Notes: generated from the letters alone by a model not told the origin. Shown: positions 1-8,924, numbered from the stretch's first letter. The stretch is DNA of 32,000 bases from Geobacter sulfurreducens PCA (GCF_000007985.2 NC_002939.5:3630001-3662000), one strand, 5' to 3'. Made by a program: numbers and translations.

Positions 1-959
1 GGCTCAGCCAACGGCTCACCGGCGAGCTCATTGCCATCACCCCCGGCAAGCTCATGGCCGATGGCTCCCAGGACTTCTACCTAGCCGGCGACAAGTCCCT
101 TCGGCTGTATCGCAAAAGCGACAACCTCAAGCTCCTGGCTGAGGTAACCTTCGGGGCGCGGGAGAAGGTGCTCGGCATCGATTCGGCCGACCTGGACAAA
201 GACGGCATTCCCGAGGCGTATGTGACCATCATGGACGGCGAATCCCTCGCCTCCCAGGTCTGGGTCGCCGACGGCAACAATCTCAAGCGGGTCGCGGCCA
301 AGCTTCCCTACTATTTCCGCGGCATTGCCCTGGAAGGCGGTGAGCAGAAAATCTTTGTGCAGCAGATGAGCAACGACCGCGATTTCTACGGTGATATCTT
401 CGAGCTGGTCAAATCGGGCAATTCCTACGAGGCAAAGAATCCTTTCAAGCTCCCCCGGTTCGGGTATCTCTACAATTTCAACCGCTTCCGCGACAAGACC
501 GGCGCTGAAAACTGGGTGGTAATCAACGAAGACGGCTACCTCATCGTCTACTCCTCGTCCGGCGAAGAGCTATGGCGCAGCAGCGACAAATTCGGCGGCA
601 GTGAAACCTACTTTCTCCGCGAAGACCTGGCCAACGTGCGCACCACCGGCGATCCCAACCGCTGGATATTTCTTGAGCAGCGCATCACCGTGACACCTGC
701 GGGCGACGTGATCGTGCCCAAGAACGACGGCATGTTCGTGATCGGCAACAACCGAGCCTACAAAAAGAGCTCCATCTACTGCTTCGCCTGGAACGGCTCG
801 TCGCTTGACGAAAAGTGGCATACCAAGCAAAGCCAGAACTATCTGCCCGACTATTTCTACGATCATAGCCGGCGGGAGCTGGTCAATCTCGAGATTGTCA
901 AGAAAGAAGGGCTCCTGACCGGCGGCGCCAGCATGGTGGCGGTGCGCAAGGTCGAATGA
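1..959 (+). CDS. 3' part of a periplasmic/secreted FG-GAP (VCBS)-like repeat protein; 5' end is outside the window
   Basis: Frame 3 is open from base 3 to the TGA at 957-959, so the track ORF 54..959 is only the first in-window Met. The motif IDSADLDKDGIPEAYV resembles FG-GAP Ca-binding loops. A hairpin terminator follows. Confidence 0.6.
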   Translation, partial: LSQRLTGELIAITPGKLMADGSQDFYLAGDKSLRLYRKSDNLKLLAEVTFGAREKVLGIDSADLDKDGIPEAYVTIMDGESLASQVWVADGNNLKRVAAKLPYYFRGIALEGGEQKIFVQQMSNDRDFYGDIFELVKSGNSYEAKNPFKLPRFGYLYNFNRFRDKTGAENWVVINEDGYLIVYSSSGEELWRSSDKFGGSETYFLREDLANVRTTGDPNRWIFLEQRITVTPAGDVIVPKNDGMFVIGNNRAYKKSSIYCFAWNGSSLDEKWHTKQSQNYLPDYFYDHSRRELVNLEIVKKEGLLTGGASMVAVRKVE

Positions 960-990
960 CCGCCTCCACCCGGACGGTAGTGCGCACTCA

Positions 991-1012
991 AGGGGCCCTT
1001 ACGGCCCCTTTT
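991..1012 (+). terminator. Rho-independent terminator after the FG-GAP-like gene
   Basis: AGGGGCC (991-997) / loop CTTAC / GGCCCCT (1003-1009), followed by a T run. Confidence 0.6.
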
Positions 1013-1039
1013 CCGTGTGCCGACGCGGGGATATTATCA

Positions 1040-1068
1040 TTGACATGACCCAGCTCAACTGCTAGGAT
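1040..1068 (+). promoter_or_regulatory. Sigma70-type promoter candidate for hisZ-purA
   Basis: TTGACA (1040-1045), 17-nt spacer, TAGGAT (1063-1068), about 55 nt upstream of the hisZ GTG. Confidence 0.45.
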
Positions 1069-1124
1069 TTTCGGGTTTTTCGTCCACTTTCCCCTCACGG
1101 GCCCCGACAGACAGGTCAACACAC

Positions 1125-2441
1125 GTGACTCCGATAACCCCCATAGAAGCCCCCCTTCCCAAGGGGGTTACAGACTTTCTCCCTGAAAAAGCCGACAAGA
1201 TCGGCTACATCGAGGGCAAAATCCGCAAAGTCTTCGAACTCTGGGGGTTCCGGCGGATCATCACGCCGCTCCTGGAGTTTGAAGACGTCATTGCCGCCGG
1301 ACTCGGCGACGACCTGAAGGCAAAAACCTTTCGCTTCGATGACCGCCAAAGCGGCAAACTGATTGCCGTTCCTTCCGACATCACTCCCCAGATTGCCCGC
1401 ATCGTAGCAACTCGGCTGAGAGGCTACCCCCTGCCCCACCGCATCTGCTACAGCGGTAGGGTGTTGCGTCACGCGGAACTCCAGTCGGGCCGGAGCCGCG
1501 AGATCTTCCAGTCGGGCGTAGAACTCATCGGCCTCGACTCACCCGAAGCGGACGCCGAAATGGTGACCATGGCGGTGGAAGCCCTCAAGGGACTCGGGTT
1601 CAGAGACTTCAAGATCGACCTGGGACACGTGGGATTCATTCGGGGAATCATGACGGCATCCGGGCTCGAAGTGGCGGTACGCAACCGGCTTCAGGAGGCC
1701 ATCGGCAAGAAGGACGTGTCTGCGGTCAGGTCGATCCTGGCGGAGTCGCCCCTCTCTGATGCGGCAAAGGATGAACTGGCCGCCCTTCCCCGCCTGTTCG
1801 GCGGCCGCGAGGTGCTGGACGAAGCCGGACGCGTGGCGACCAACGACACGTCGCGCCGGGCACTGGACAACATCTCGCAGGTTCTGGACTTACTCGATAT
1901 TCATGGAGTTTCAGATCATTTGACCATTGATCTGGGCGAAGTTCGCGGGCTTGACTACCATACCGGCCTCACCTTCGAAGGCTTCGTGACCGGCATGGGC
2001 GAGGCCGTCTGCAGCGGCGGCCGCTACGACACGCTCACGGCACGCTACGGTTTTCCGGCGCCGGCCACGGGCTTCACCTTCAACGTTCTGGCGCTCCTGT
2101 CGGCCCTTGAGAAAAGGCCCGACGTGGAAGCGAGCAAGACCCGGGACATCCTCATCTTCAATCAGCAGGACGACCGGCGCGAGGCGCTCGAAATCGCCCA
2201 GCAGCTGCGGCGCCGGGGATACACCACCGCCCGCGACATCATACGCAGAAATTTTGACGATTCGCTTGACTACGCGCGCCGCATGAACATCCTTCACATG
2301 ATGGTGGTCGGCGGCGATCAGTGCGGGCCGGACGAGGTCTACCTCGTTCGTGTTGCAGACGGACAGGGACAACGGATAAAGAAGGCAGAGGTGTTCAGCG
2401 AACGGTTTTCGCTGGACGCCGGACCTGACAAGGAGTCTTAA
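1125..2441 (+). CDS. hisZ: ATP phosphoribosyltransferase regulatory subunit HisZ (HisRS paralog)
   Basis: N-terminus [13 protein letters not shown]...[18 protein letters not shown] and class-II aaRS-like core motifs. GTG at 1125 is the only start upstream of the conserved N-terminus. The stop abuts the purA ATG. Confidence 0.85.
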   Translation: MTPITPIEAPLPKGVTDFLPEKADKIGYIEGKIRKVFELWGFRRIITPLLEFEDVIAAGLGDDLKAKTFRFDDRQSGKLIAVPSDITPQIARIVATRLRGYPLPHRICYSGRVLRHAELQSGRSREIFQSGVELIGLDSPEADAEMVTMAVEALKGLGFRDFKIDLGHVGFIRGIMTASGLEVAVRNRLQEAIGKKDVSAVRSILAESPLSDAAKDELAALPRLFGGREVLDEAGRVATNDTSRRALDNISQVLDLLDIHGVSDHLTIDLGEVRGLDYHTGLTFEGFVTGMGEAVCSGGRYDTLTARYGFPAPATGFTFNVLALLSALEKRPDVEASKTRDILIFNQQDDRREALEIAQQLRRRGYTTARDIIRRNFDDSLDYARRMNILHMMVVGGDQCGPDEVYLVRVADGQGQRIKKAEVFSERFSLDAGPDKES

Positions 2442-3743
<1,302 letters not shown>

Positions 3744-3750
3744 AAATTAC

Positions 3751-3779
3751 TTGACCGACTGCAAAGACTCTGCTAAAAC
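3751..3779 (+). promoter_or_regulatory. Sigma70-type promoter candidate for the tRNA genes
   Basis: TTGACC (3751-3756), 17-nt spacer, TAAAAC (3774-3779), 15 nt before the tRNA-Lys 5' end. Confidence 0.5.
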
Positions 3780-3794
3780 TTGTCTTCTCTTTGC

Positions 3795-3870
3795 GAGCCG
3801 CTAGCTCAGATGGTAGAGCACCTGACTTTTAATCAGGTGGTCGTTGGTTCGATCCCAACGCGGCTCACCA
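3795..3870 (+). tRNA. tRNA-Lys (anticodon UUU), CCA encoded
   Basis: Hand-folded cloverleaf. Acceptor GAGCCGC/GCGGCTC. D arm GCTC...GAGC. Anticodon stem CCTGA/TCAGG with loop CTTTTAA. T arm GTTGG-TTCGATC-CCAAC. Discriminator A followed by CCA. Confidence 0.93.
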
Positions 3871-3880
3871 ACCAGACACA

Positions 3881-3914
3881 AAGAACCCGGCCGAACATTC
3901 GACCGGGTTCTTTT
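3881..3914 (+). terminator. Terminator-like hairpin plus T run in the spacer between the two tRNAs
   Basis: AAGAACCCGG (3881-3890) pairs with CCGGGTTCTT (3903-3912) across a 12-nt loop. A T run extends to 3914, only 6 nt before tRNA-Glu. Confidence 0.45.
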
Positions 3915-3920
3915 CCCTTC

Positions 3921-3998
3921 GTCCCCTTCGTCTAGCCCGGCCCAGGACACCGCCCTTTCACGGCGGCGACGGGGGTTCAAATCCCCCAGGGGACGCCA
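3921..3998 (+). tRNA. tRNA-Glu (anticodon UUC), CCA encoded
   Basis: Very close to the classical bacterial tRNA-Glu. Acceptor GTCCCCT/AGGGGAC. Anticodon stem CCGCC/GGCGG with loop CTTTCAC. T arm GGGGG-TTCAAAT-CCCCC. Discriminator G followed by CCA. Confidence 0.93.
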
Positions 3999-4003
3999 AC
4001 TGC

Positions 4004-4040
4004 AAAAAGGACCGCTTTTCCTCGGAGAAGCGGTCCTTTT
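4004..4040. terminator. Bidirectional rho-independent terminator (tRNA operon on +, ATPase operon on -)
   Basis: AAAAA, then a 12-bp stem (GGACCGCTTTTC / GAGAAGCGGTCC, loop CTCG), then TTTT. It sits between the tRNA-Glu 3' end and the stop of the minus-strand ATPase gene at 4072. Confidence 0.75.
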
Positions 4041-4071
4041 GCATTATGCTCCGCCTTGCCTTCCTTCTCTG

Positions 4072-4890
4072 CTATTTCAGATAGCGCAACGCCTCATCCC
4101 CCAGGACCCGTTCCACGGCGAGGGGGAGCAGTTCCACCGAGTCCCGCTCGGTTGCGGCCATCATCTTGAGGGCATAGCGGGCGATGTTGATGCCGTCCCT
4201 GACCGAATAGAGTTCGTCTGCCGCGTGGGCACGCTGAAGAAAATCGACGACATACGCAAGGATGCGGCTCGGGGCGAAGGGGAGGTTTTCCTTGAGGATC
4301 AGGAGTTCCTCGTCGGCCTCGGGAAAGTCGATGAATATCTGGGGTTGGAGCCGCGAGTGGATGTATTCGGGGACTTCAAAGGTCGAGGAATCCTCGTTCA
4401 TGGTCACCACGATTCGGAAATCCCGGTGGGCCGGCACCCGCAGACCGGTAATGATCGACTCCACGTAGCGCCGGTCGTCAAGCAGCGGGGCCAGCGACGC
4501 CCATGCCTTCTCGCTCATGCGGTTCCCCTCGTCGAGGATGAGAACCCCGCCCTTGAGCATGGCCGACACCAGGGCCGACGCGGCATACTGGATTTTCCCG
4601 TCAGGACCGATAACCGGCGTAATGATCAGGTCTTCAGGCCGGGTGTCCATGGTTGCCTGAAAGAGGTACACCGGCCGGTCCAGACGCCGGGCGGCCGCGT
4701 AGGCCAGCGTTGTTTTCCCCACCCCCGGCTTGCCGATCAGGCGTGGGTTGAAGGGGATGTCCTTCTCGTCGATAACCATCCAGGCGGCGAGTAGTTGTTT
4801 CAGGAGTTCATCCTGGCCGACCCAACGCAACGTCAGTTCCACGGGGCCGGCGAGCGAAAGGGATATGCCGTCGATCGTTGTCTGTTCCAT
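4072..4890 (-). CDS. AAA+ ATPase of the MoxR class, CbbQ/NorQ/GvpN-like (272 aa)
   Basis: Walker A is GKPGVGKTT and Walker B is VLILDEGN. LAPLLDDRRYVE...FRIVVTMN resembles NorQ/CbbQ. I chose the ATG at 4890 because AGGTGA lies 7 nt upstream and the longer ORF to 4998 would overlap the upstream gene. Confidence 0.8.
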   Translation of the reverse strand: MEQTTIDGISLSLAGPVELTLRWVGQDELLKQLLAAWMVIDEKDIPFNPRLIGKPGVGKTTLAYAAARRLDRPVYLFQATMDTRPEDLIITPVIGPDGKIQYAASALVSAMLKGGVLILDEGNRMSEKAWASLAPLLDDRRYVESIITGLRVPAHRDFRIVVTMNEDSSTFEVPEYIHSRLQPQIFIDFPEADEELLILKENLPFAPSRILAYVVDFLQRAHAADELYSVRDGINIARYALKMMAATERDSVELLPLAVERVLGDEALRYLK

Positions 4891-4898
4891 GGGTGTGT

Positions 4899-5090
4899 TC
4901 ACCTGTCGATAACGTACATCATGGCAAGTTTGGCCCGGTTCTCCAGGCAGAGGGGGCAGAGGGAGCCGGCATCGTTCCAGAGCTCGGCCGCAAGCCACTC
5001 CCCTGCCTCCTCGAAGAGGGAGCGAAGCTCCTTCGGCGTGAACACCTTGCCGCAGACCGCACAGATTTTCTTCTCCCCGTCCATCATCAT
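4899..5090 (-). CDS. Small zinc-ribbon-like protein (about 61-63 aa), CxxC...CxxC
   Basis: Translation: MMMDGEKKICAVCGK...SLCPLCLENRAKL. AGGGA lies just upstream of the triple ATG at 5082-5090, so the exact ATG is uncertain. The stop is 8 nt before the ATPase start, implying co-transcription. Confidence 0.55.
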   Translation of the reverse strand: MMMDGEKKICAVCGKVFTPKELRSLFEEAGEWLAAELWNDAGSLCPLCLENRAKLAMMYVIDR

Positions 5091-5093
5091 TCC

Positions 5094-5136
5094 CTGTGTA
5101 TCACAGCAGTTTACATAATTGCAATCAACCTGTGAT
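5094..5136. promoter_or_regulatory. Palindrome and related half-site in the divergent control region
   Basis: CTGTGTATCACAG (5094-5106) is an inverted repeat CTGTG-N3-CACAG. CTGTGAT recurs at 5130-5136, giving ATCACAG-N23-CTGTGAT, inside the spacer of the predicted globin promoter. Confidence 0.4.
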
Positions 5137-5146
5137 TGCCTATACT
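5119..5146 (+). promoter_or_regulatory. Sigma70-type promoter candidate for the globin sensor gene
   Basis: TTGCAA (5119-5124), 16-nt spacer, TATACT (5141-5146). The RBS GAAGGAGG lies at 5163-5170. Confidence 0.5.
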
Positions 5147-5177
5147 TGGACAGATTCGACACGAAGGAGGGTCATTC

Positions 5178-6080
5178 ATGCTGACCATGCAGGAAATAAA
5201 GGCTCATTATCGCTTCACCGACGAGGATGCCGAGTTGCTCGGCTCGCTCTTTCCCTTGGCCGAGACCAATAAGGAACGTCTGGCGGACCAGTTCTACGAC
5301 TACCTGCTCGGCATTCCTGAAACCGCCGAGTTTCTCAAGGAGGACCTGGTCCTGCAGAAGCTCAAGCAGACCCACCAGGACTGGTTCGTGAGCCTCTTTG
5401 CCGGCTCGTACGACAACCGCTACATCCACAACCTCCAGAAGATCGGTCATGCCCACGTGCGGGTCGGGCTCAACGCCCATTACGTGAACGTGGCCATGAA
5501 CGTGGTGAGGCAGTTCACCCTCTCCATCATCCAGGACAACTTCCCCGACCCGGAAGAACGCCGCCAGCGCCGGGAGGCTGTGGAAAAAATCCTCGACATC
5601 AATCTCGACATCATGTCCGCCTCATACCGCGAGGAGGAGATGCGCAAGTTCTTCGTTTCTCACCGGCTGGAGTCGAAGCTCATCACGGCGACCGAACGCT
5701 TCACCTATGGGCTCAACCTGATCCTGGTCCTCGCCCTTGCCGGGGTGTCGGTTTCGGTGGTGGGGCTCTTCATATGGGACATCGGCCACATCTTCCAGGG
5801 AAGCGTGGAAAAGGGCATCCTCTCGGCGCTCGGGTCGCTCCTCATTCTCTGGATGATGATCGAGCTGATCGAAAACGAGATCAAGATCCTCAAGGGGGGA
5901 CGGTTCAACATCCTCTTCTTCATCGGGGTCATCATCGTGGCGCTGATCCGGGAGATCCTCATCTCCACGCTCCGCCACGACCCCCTCACCACCCAGGTCT
6001 TCCTGGCGGGAACCCTGCTGGTCCTCGGGGTGGTCTACTTCCTTGTTTCCAAGAGCCAGCAGCCCTACACTCCCCACTGA
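5178..6080 (+). CDS. Globin-coupled sensor: N-terminal sensor globin (protoglobin-like) plus C-terminal multi-helix membrane domain (300 aa)
   Basis: The globin-sensor-like N-terminus (HYRFTDEDAELL...IGHAHVRVGL with the proximal-His motif...YVNVA) is followed by hydrophobic helices (LILVLALAGVSVSVVGLFIW, ILSALGSLLILWMMI, ILFFIGVIIVALI, VFLAGTLLVLGVVYFLV). The strong RBS GGAGG lies 7 nt before the ATG at 5178. As I recall, a 300-aa G. sulfurreducens GCS with a transmembrane output domain has been characterised. Confidence 0.85.
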   Translation: MLTMQEIKAHYRFTDEDAELLGSLFPLAETNKERLADQFYDYLLGIPETAEFLKEDLVLQKLKQTHQDWFVSLFAGSYDNRYIHNLQKIGHAHVRVGLNAHYVNVAMNVVRQFTLSIIQDNFPDPEERRQRREAVEKILDINLDIMSASYREEEMRKFFVSHRLESKLITATERFTYGLNLILVLALAGVSVSVVGLFIWDIGHIFQGSVEKGILSALGSLLILWMMIELIENEIKILKGGRFNILFFIGVIIVALIREILISTLRHDPLTTQVFLAGTLLVLGVVYFLVSKSQQPYTPH

Positions 6081-6118
6081 GCTTTGCGCCTGCGCCGGCG
6101 GCTGGCTCCGTCCCCCCC

Positions 6119-7072
6119 TCAGCCCTCCACCCGCCGCACCAGATCCGCCAGGCAGGAGATAAAAGTGGGCGACGTGTTGAGGGAAGGGCTCCGCCGGAAC
6201 CGGGAATAGCCCAGCTTATGCGCCTCCTGGGCATACTCGATGTCAATCTCGTGCAGGGTTTCGATATGGTCCGAGACAAAGGAAAGCGGAACGATGAGCA
6301 GGTTTTTCACCTGGTGGGCCGCCAGGTGCTCCAGCATCTCGTCGGTTGAGGGTTCCAGCCACTTGACCGGCCCTGCCCGGGACTGGAAGGCCAGATGGTG
6401 GGTGACCCCCTCGAACCGCTCCATGACGAGACGTACCGTCTCCCGGATATGGTCCAGGTAGGGGTCACCCTCGTCGATGAAGGATTGAGGGAGCGAATGG
6501 GCCGAAAACAGGACCTGCACCTCGGCCAGGGGGTGGAAATCGTCGAGCCCTTCCCGGATTTTCTCTGCCAGGGCATCAATGTAAAGGGGGTGGTCGAAAA
6601 AACGGTCCACGTACATCATCTGGAACTGCACACCCGATTGAGACAGCACCCGCTTCAGTTCATTCACGCTCGAGCCGGTGGTGGCACGGGAGTAGTGGGG
6701 GTAGAGGGAAAGCGCAATCACCCGCGAAATCCCCTCCCTCCTGATGGCCGCCAGCGCCTCCATGGTTGAGGGTTTCCAGTAGCGCATGGCCACGAAGCAG
6801 CGATACCCGTCCCCCAGCACATCCTCCAGTGCCCGGGCCTGGCTCTCGGTCAGCTCGCGGATGGGTGATTTGCCGCCGATCTCCTCGTATTTGCGCTCCA
6901 CCCCCGGCGAGCGGCGCTTGGCGATGAGCCGAGCGATGAACGGCTGGAGAAAGGCGGGACCGATCCGGATGATGTCCCGGTCGGAGAAAAGGTTCAGCAG
7001 GAACGGCTCCACGGCGTCGAGGGAATCGGGACCTCCCATCTGGAGGAGCAGGACAGCGGTTTTGTCGGACAT
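6119..7072 (-). CDS. hemH: Ferrochelatase
   Basis: Translation includes [24 protein letters not shown] and ...SAHSLP..., with typical length and HemH motifs. The ATG at 7072 is preferred because of GGAGGTGA 2-5 nt upstream; the alternative ATG is at 7087. Confidence 0.9.
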
Positions 7073-7179
7073 GGTCACCTCCGGCATGGCAAACGGACAA
7101 TTTCATGACACCCACATCTTCCTCCCTGATACCCTAATGAACGACTGCGGTCAAGGCGGAAACGGGGTGCCTACCCCTG

Positions 7180-8787
7180 TCACTTCCCCCGGATGACCTT
7201 CCACCCGCTGGATGCCAGGTCAACCAGGCCGTCCATGGTCCGCTGGTAGAACTTCCTGACCGGCATCCGGTTGACGAGGATATGCCCCTCGCTCCGCTCC
7301 AGCCTGACCCGATCCCCCGGCGTGAGGGCGATGAAGTTCTCGTGATTTTCGCCGCCAATGCCGAACAGAAAGCGATACTGGCGCCCATCGGCCGCCCGGC
7401 AGGCAACGATCAGGATGATCAGTTCGGGCTCACCCGTCTTGAAGTGGTAGCGCACGGTACCGCTGACAAAGGTTCCCTCGACCGACCCGGTGGCGGCCAG
7501 GAGGTTTTCGACCGTCACCTGCCGGGGCTTGAGGTGCCCCAAGGAGGGGAGCCCCCAGGGCTTGAACGGTTCGTGGGGCCGGTGCCTATAGTGGTTGCTC
7601 CGTTCCAGCAGAATGACGATGTTGTTGTTGATGGGGCCGCCGATGGAGTGGGAAAGACCGGCCGTGAAACGCCCCTCCCTGATCATGCGGTGATTCTCCA
7701 CCACCTGGATCATGCCGGTGGCGCCAAGGGGGTGTCCCCTCCCCTTGAGCCCGCCGGTGAGGTTGGTGGGAAAGGGGCCGTTCTCGCCGGTATAGCCGTC
7801 ATCCAACAGGGCATCCAGGAGGCGGCCACGGGGGACGAAGCCCAGGTCCACCAGATTGATGGGGCCGAAGCCGTTGAAGGGGTCATGCATGTTCACGTGG
7901 ATCTTGCCGGCGAACTGCCGGATGTCCCTGATCCCGGCCATGCCGTACGCCTCCGCCGCGGCGGAAACGGTGGCGGGAAAGGAATGAAAGTAGTTGCGGT
8001 CGGCAATGGTGGGAATATCGGTGGCGCTTCCCACCCCGGACACCATCACATCCTGGGGATCGCTGGTGAGGACCACGGCGGCCACCCCGTCTGACATGGG
8101 GCAGAAGTCGTGGTAGCGCAGGGGCCACCAGTAGGGATAGTTCTTGCCGGTGACGATCTGGCGGTAGTACTCCTCCAAGGGGATCTCCGCGCTCAGGTGA
8201 GCGTCGGGATTCAGGGCCGCATAGCGGTGGGCCCGCTGGGTCAGCAGAGCCGAAAAGGCGGTCCACTCCTCAAACGAGAGCCCGTACCGCTCCATCAGGG
8301 CGCGGGCCACCAGAGCTCCGCAGGCCGGCATGGTCAGCCCGAACTCGGCTTCGTCCCGGTCGATGACTCCGGCCACGATGCGGGTTGCCTCGGCGGTGGG
8401 GGCATCGCTCATCTTCTGGATGCCGATGGCGAGCACATGGTCGCAGCGGCCCGAGGCGATCTGGAGGCAGGCGTTCTCAAAGGCCGAGGCTCCCGACGAG
8501 GATGCGGTGTCGATCAGCACCGATTTGGCGCCGGAAACGCCGACCACGCCTGCGATCTTGGCCGCGGTATTGTCGACCCCGGAAAAGGCGACCGGGCTCT
8601 GGGAGCCGACCACCACGGCCTCGATGTCGCGGGGTCGCACGGGGCATCCTTCGAAAACCGCCCCGGCCAGCTCTGCCATCTCCAGGAACGAAAGCCGGGC
8701 GCGGTGTCTGCCGTCGTAGCGCCCCACCGGCGCCATCCAGGATGCGGCCACGTAGACCGGCCGTGGACTGAAGGGAATATGTCGCAT
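7180..8787 (-). CDS. Thiolase-fold (SCP-x/archaeal thiolase-like) protein with nucleophile Cys->Ser, fused to a C-terminal OB-fold-like (DUF35-like) extension
   Basis: The sequence aligns by eye to archaeal-type thiolases: CPMSDGVAAVVL, NLTGGLKGRGHPLGATG, SIGGP. The active-site segment reads IDTASSSGAS instead of ...ACASG.... About 130 extra C-terminal residues are present. The ATG at 8787 has GGAG upstream. Confidence 0.7.
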   Translation of the reverse strand: MRHIPFSPRPVYVAASWMAPVGRYDGRHRARLSFLEMAELAGAVFEGCPVRPRDIEAVVVGSQSPVAFSGVDNTAAKIAGVVGVSGAKSVLIDTASSSGASAFENACLQIASGRCDHVLAIGIQKMSDAPTAEATRIVAGVIDRDEAEFGLTMPACGALVARALMERYGLSFEEWTAFSALLTQRAHRYAALNPDAHLSAEIPLEEYYRQIVTGKNYPYWWPLRYHDFCPMSDGVAAVVLTSDPQDVMVSGVGSATDIPTIADRNYFHSFPATVSAAAEAYGMAGIRDIRQFAGKIHVNMHDPFNGFGPINLVDLGFVPRGRLLDALLDDGYTGENGPFPTNLTGGLKGRGHPLGATGMIQVVENHRMIREGRFTAGLSHSIGGPINNNIVILLERSNHYRHRPHEPFKPWGLPSLGHLKPRQVTVENLLAATGSVEGTFVSGTVRYHFKTGEPELIILIVACRAADGRQYRFLFGIGGENHENFIALTPGDRVRLERSEGHILVNRMPVRKFYQRTMDGLVDLASSGWKVIRGK

Positions 8788-8832
8788 GGGAACTCCGTTT
8801 CTCCCGCCGGGAGATGGTGTGATCGTGCCCTT

Positions 8833-8860
8833 ATTGTAAACCATGTTCCTGCCGGGGCAA
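8833..8860 (-). promoter_or_regulatory. Sigma70-type promoter candidate for the thiolase-like gene
   Basis: Minus strand: TTGCCC (8860-8855), 16-nt spacer, TACAAT (8838-8833). Confidence 0.45.
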
Positions 8861-8870
8861 CTGAAATGCA

Positions 8871-8903
8871 AAAGGCCCGCGCCATTACTGGCGCGGGCCT
8901 TTT
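8871..8903. terminator. Rho-independent terminator (serves the minus-strand lipoprotein gene; symmetric A/T flanks)
   Basis: AAA-GGCCCGCGCC (8874-8883) / loop ATTACT / GGCGCGGGCC (8890-8899)-TTTT. This is a perfect 10-bp GC stem. Confidence 0.8.
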
Positions 8904-8924
8904 GCGGTGTATCCGGACGGAGCG

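Noticed and set aside
959-1124. Riboswitch or leader elements upstream of the operons, at 959-1124 and in the other leaders (for example GEMM-type, which is common in Geobacter, or T-box)
   Set aside because: All 5' leaders in this window are short, mostly under 60 nt after the predicted -10. I could not recognise any conserved riboswitch core by eye. A covariance-model scan would be needed to exclude them formally.
3844-4794. 316-aa plus-strand ORF
   Set aside because: It starts (TTG) inside tRNA-Lys and runs through tRNA-Glu and the bidirectional terminator. It is antisense to the well-supported AAA+ ATPase gene. Its Arg/Pro/Gly-rich composition is typical of a GC shadow frame.
5094-5136. 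CRP/FNR-type binding site
   Set aside because: TGTG-N3-CACA has the wrong spacing for the CRP site (TGTGA-N6-TCACA). TTGCAATCAA is not a full FNR TTGAT-N4-ATCAA site. It is kept only as a generic palindrome observation.
4891-5162. Longer versions of the ATPase ORF (to 4998) and of the Zn-ribbon ORF (to 5162)
   Set aside because: The longer forms would overlap each other or the globin gene RBS and start, and they lack SD sequences. The internal starts have AGGTGA and AGGGA SDs and give compact, non-overlapping genes.
3795-5200. Possible tRNA-linked genomic island or prophage remnant downstream of tRNA-Lys/tRNA-Glu
   Set aside because: I saw no integrase, no direct repeat of a tRNA 3' end elsewhere in the window and no compositional break. 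The flanking genes are ordinary chromosomal genes.
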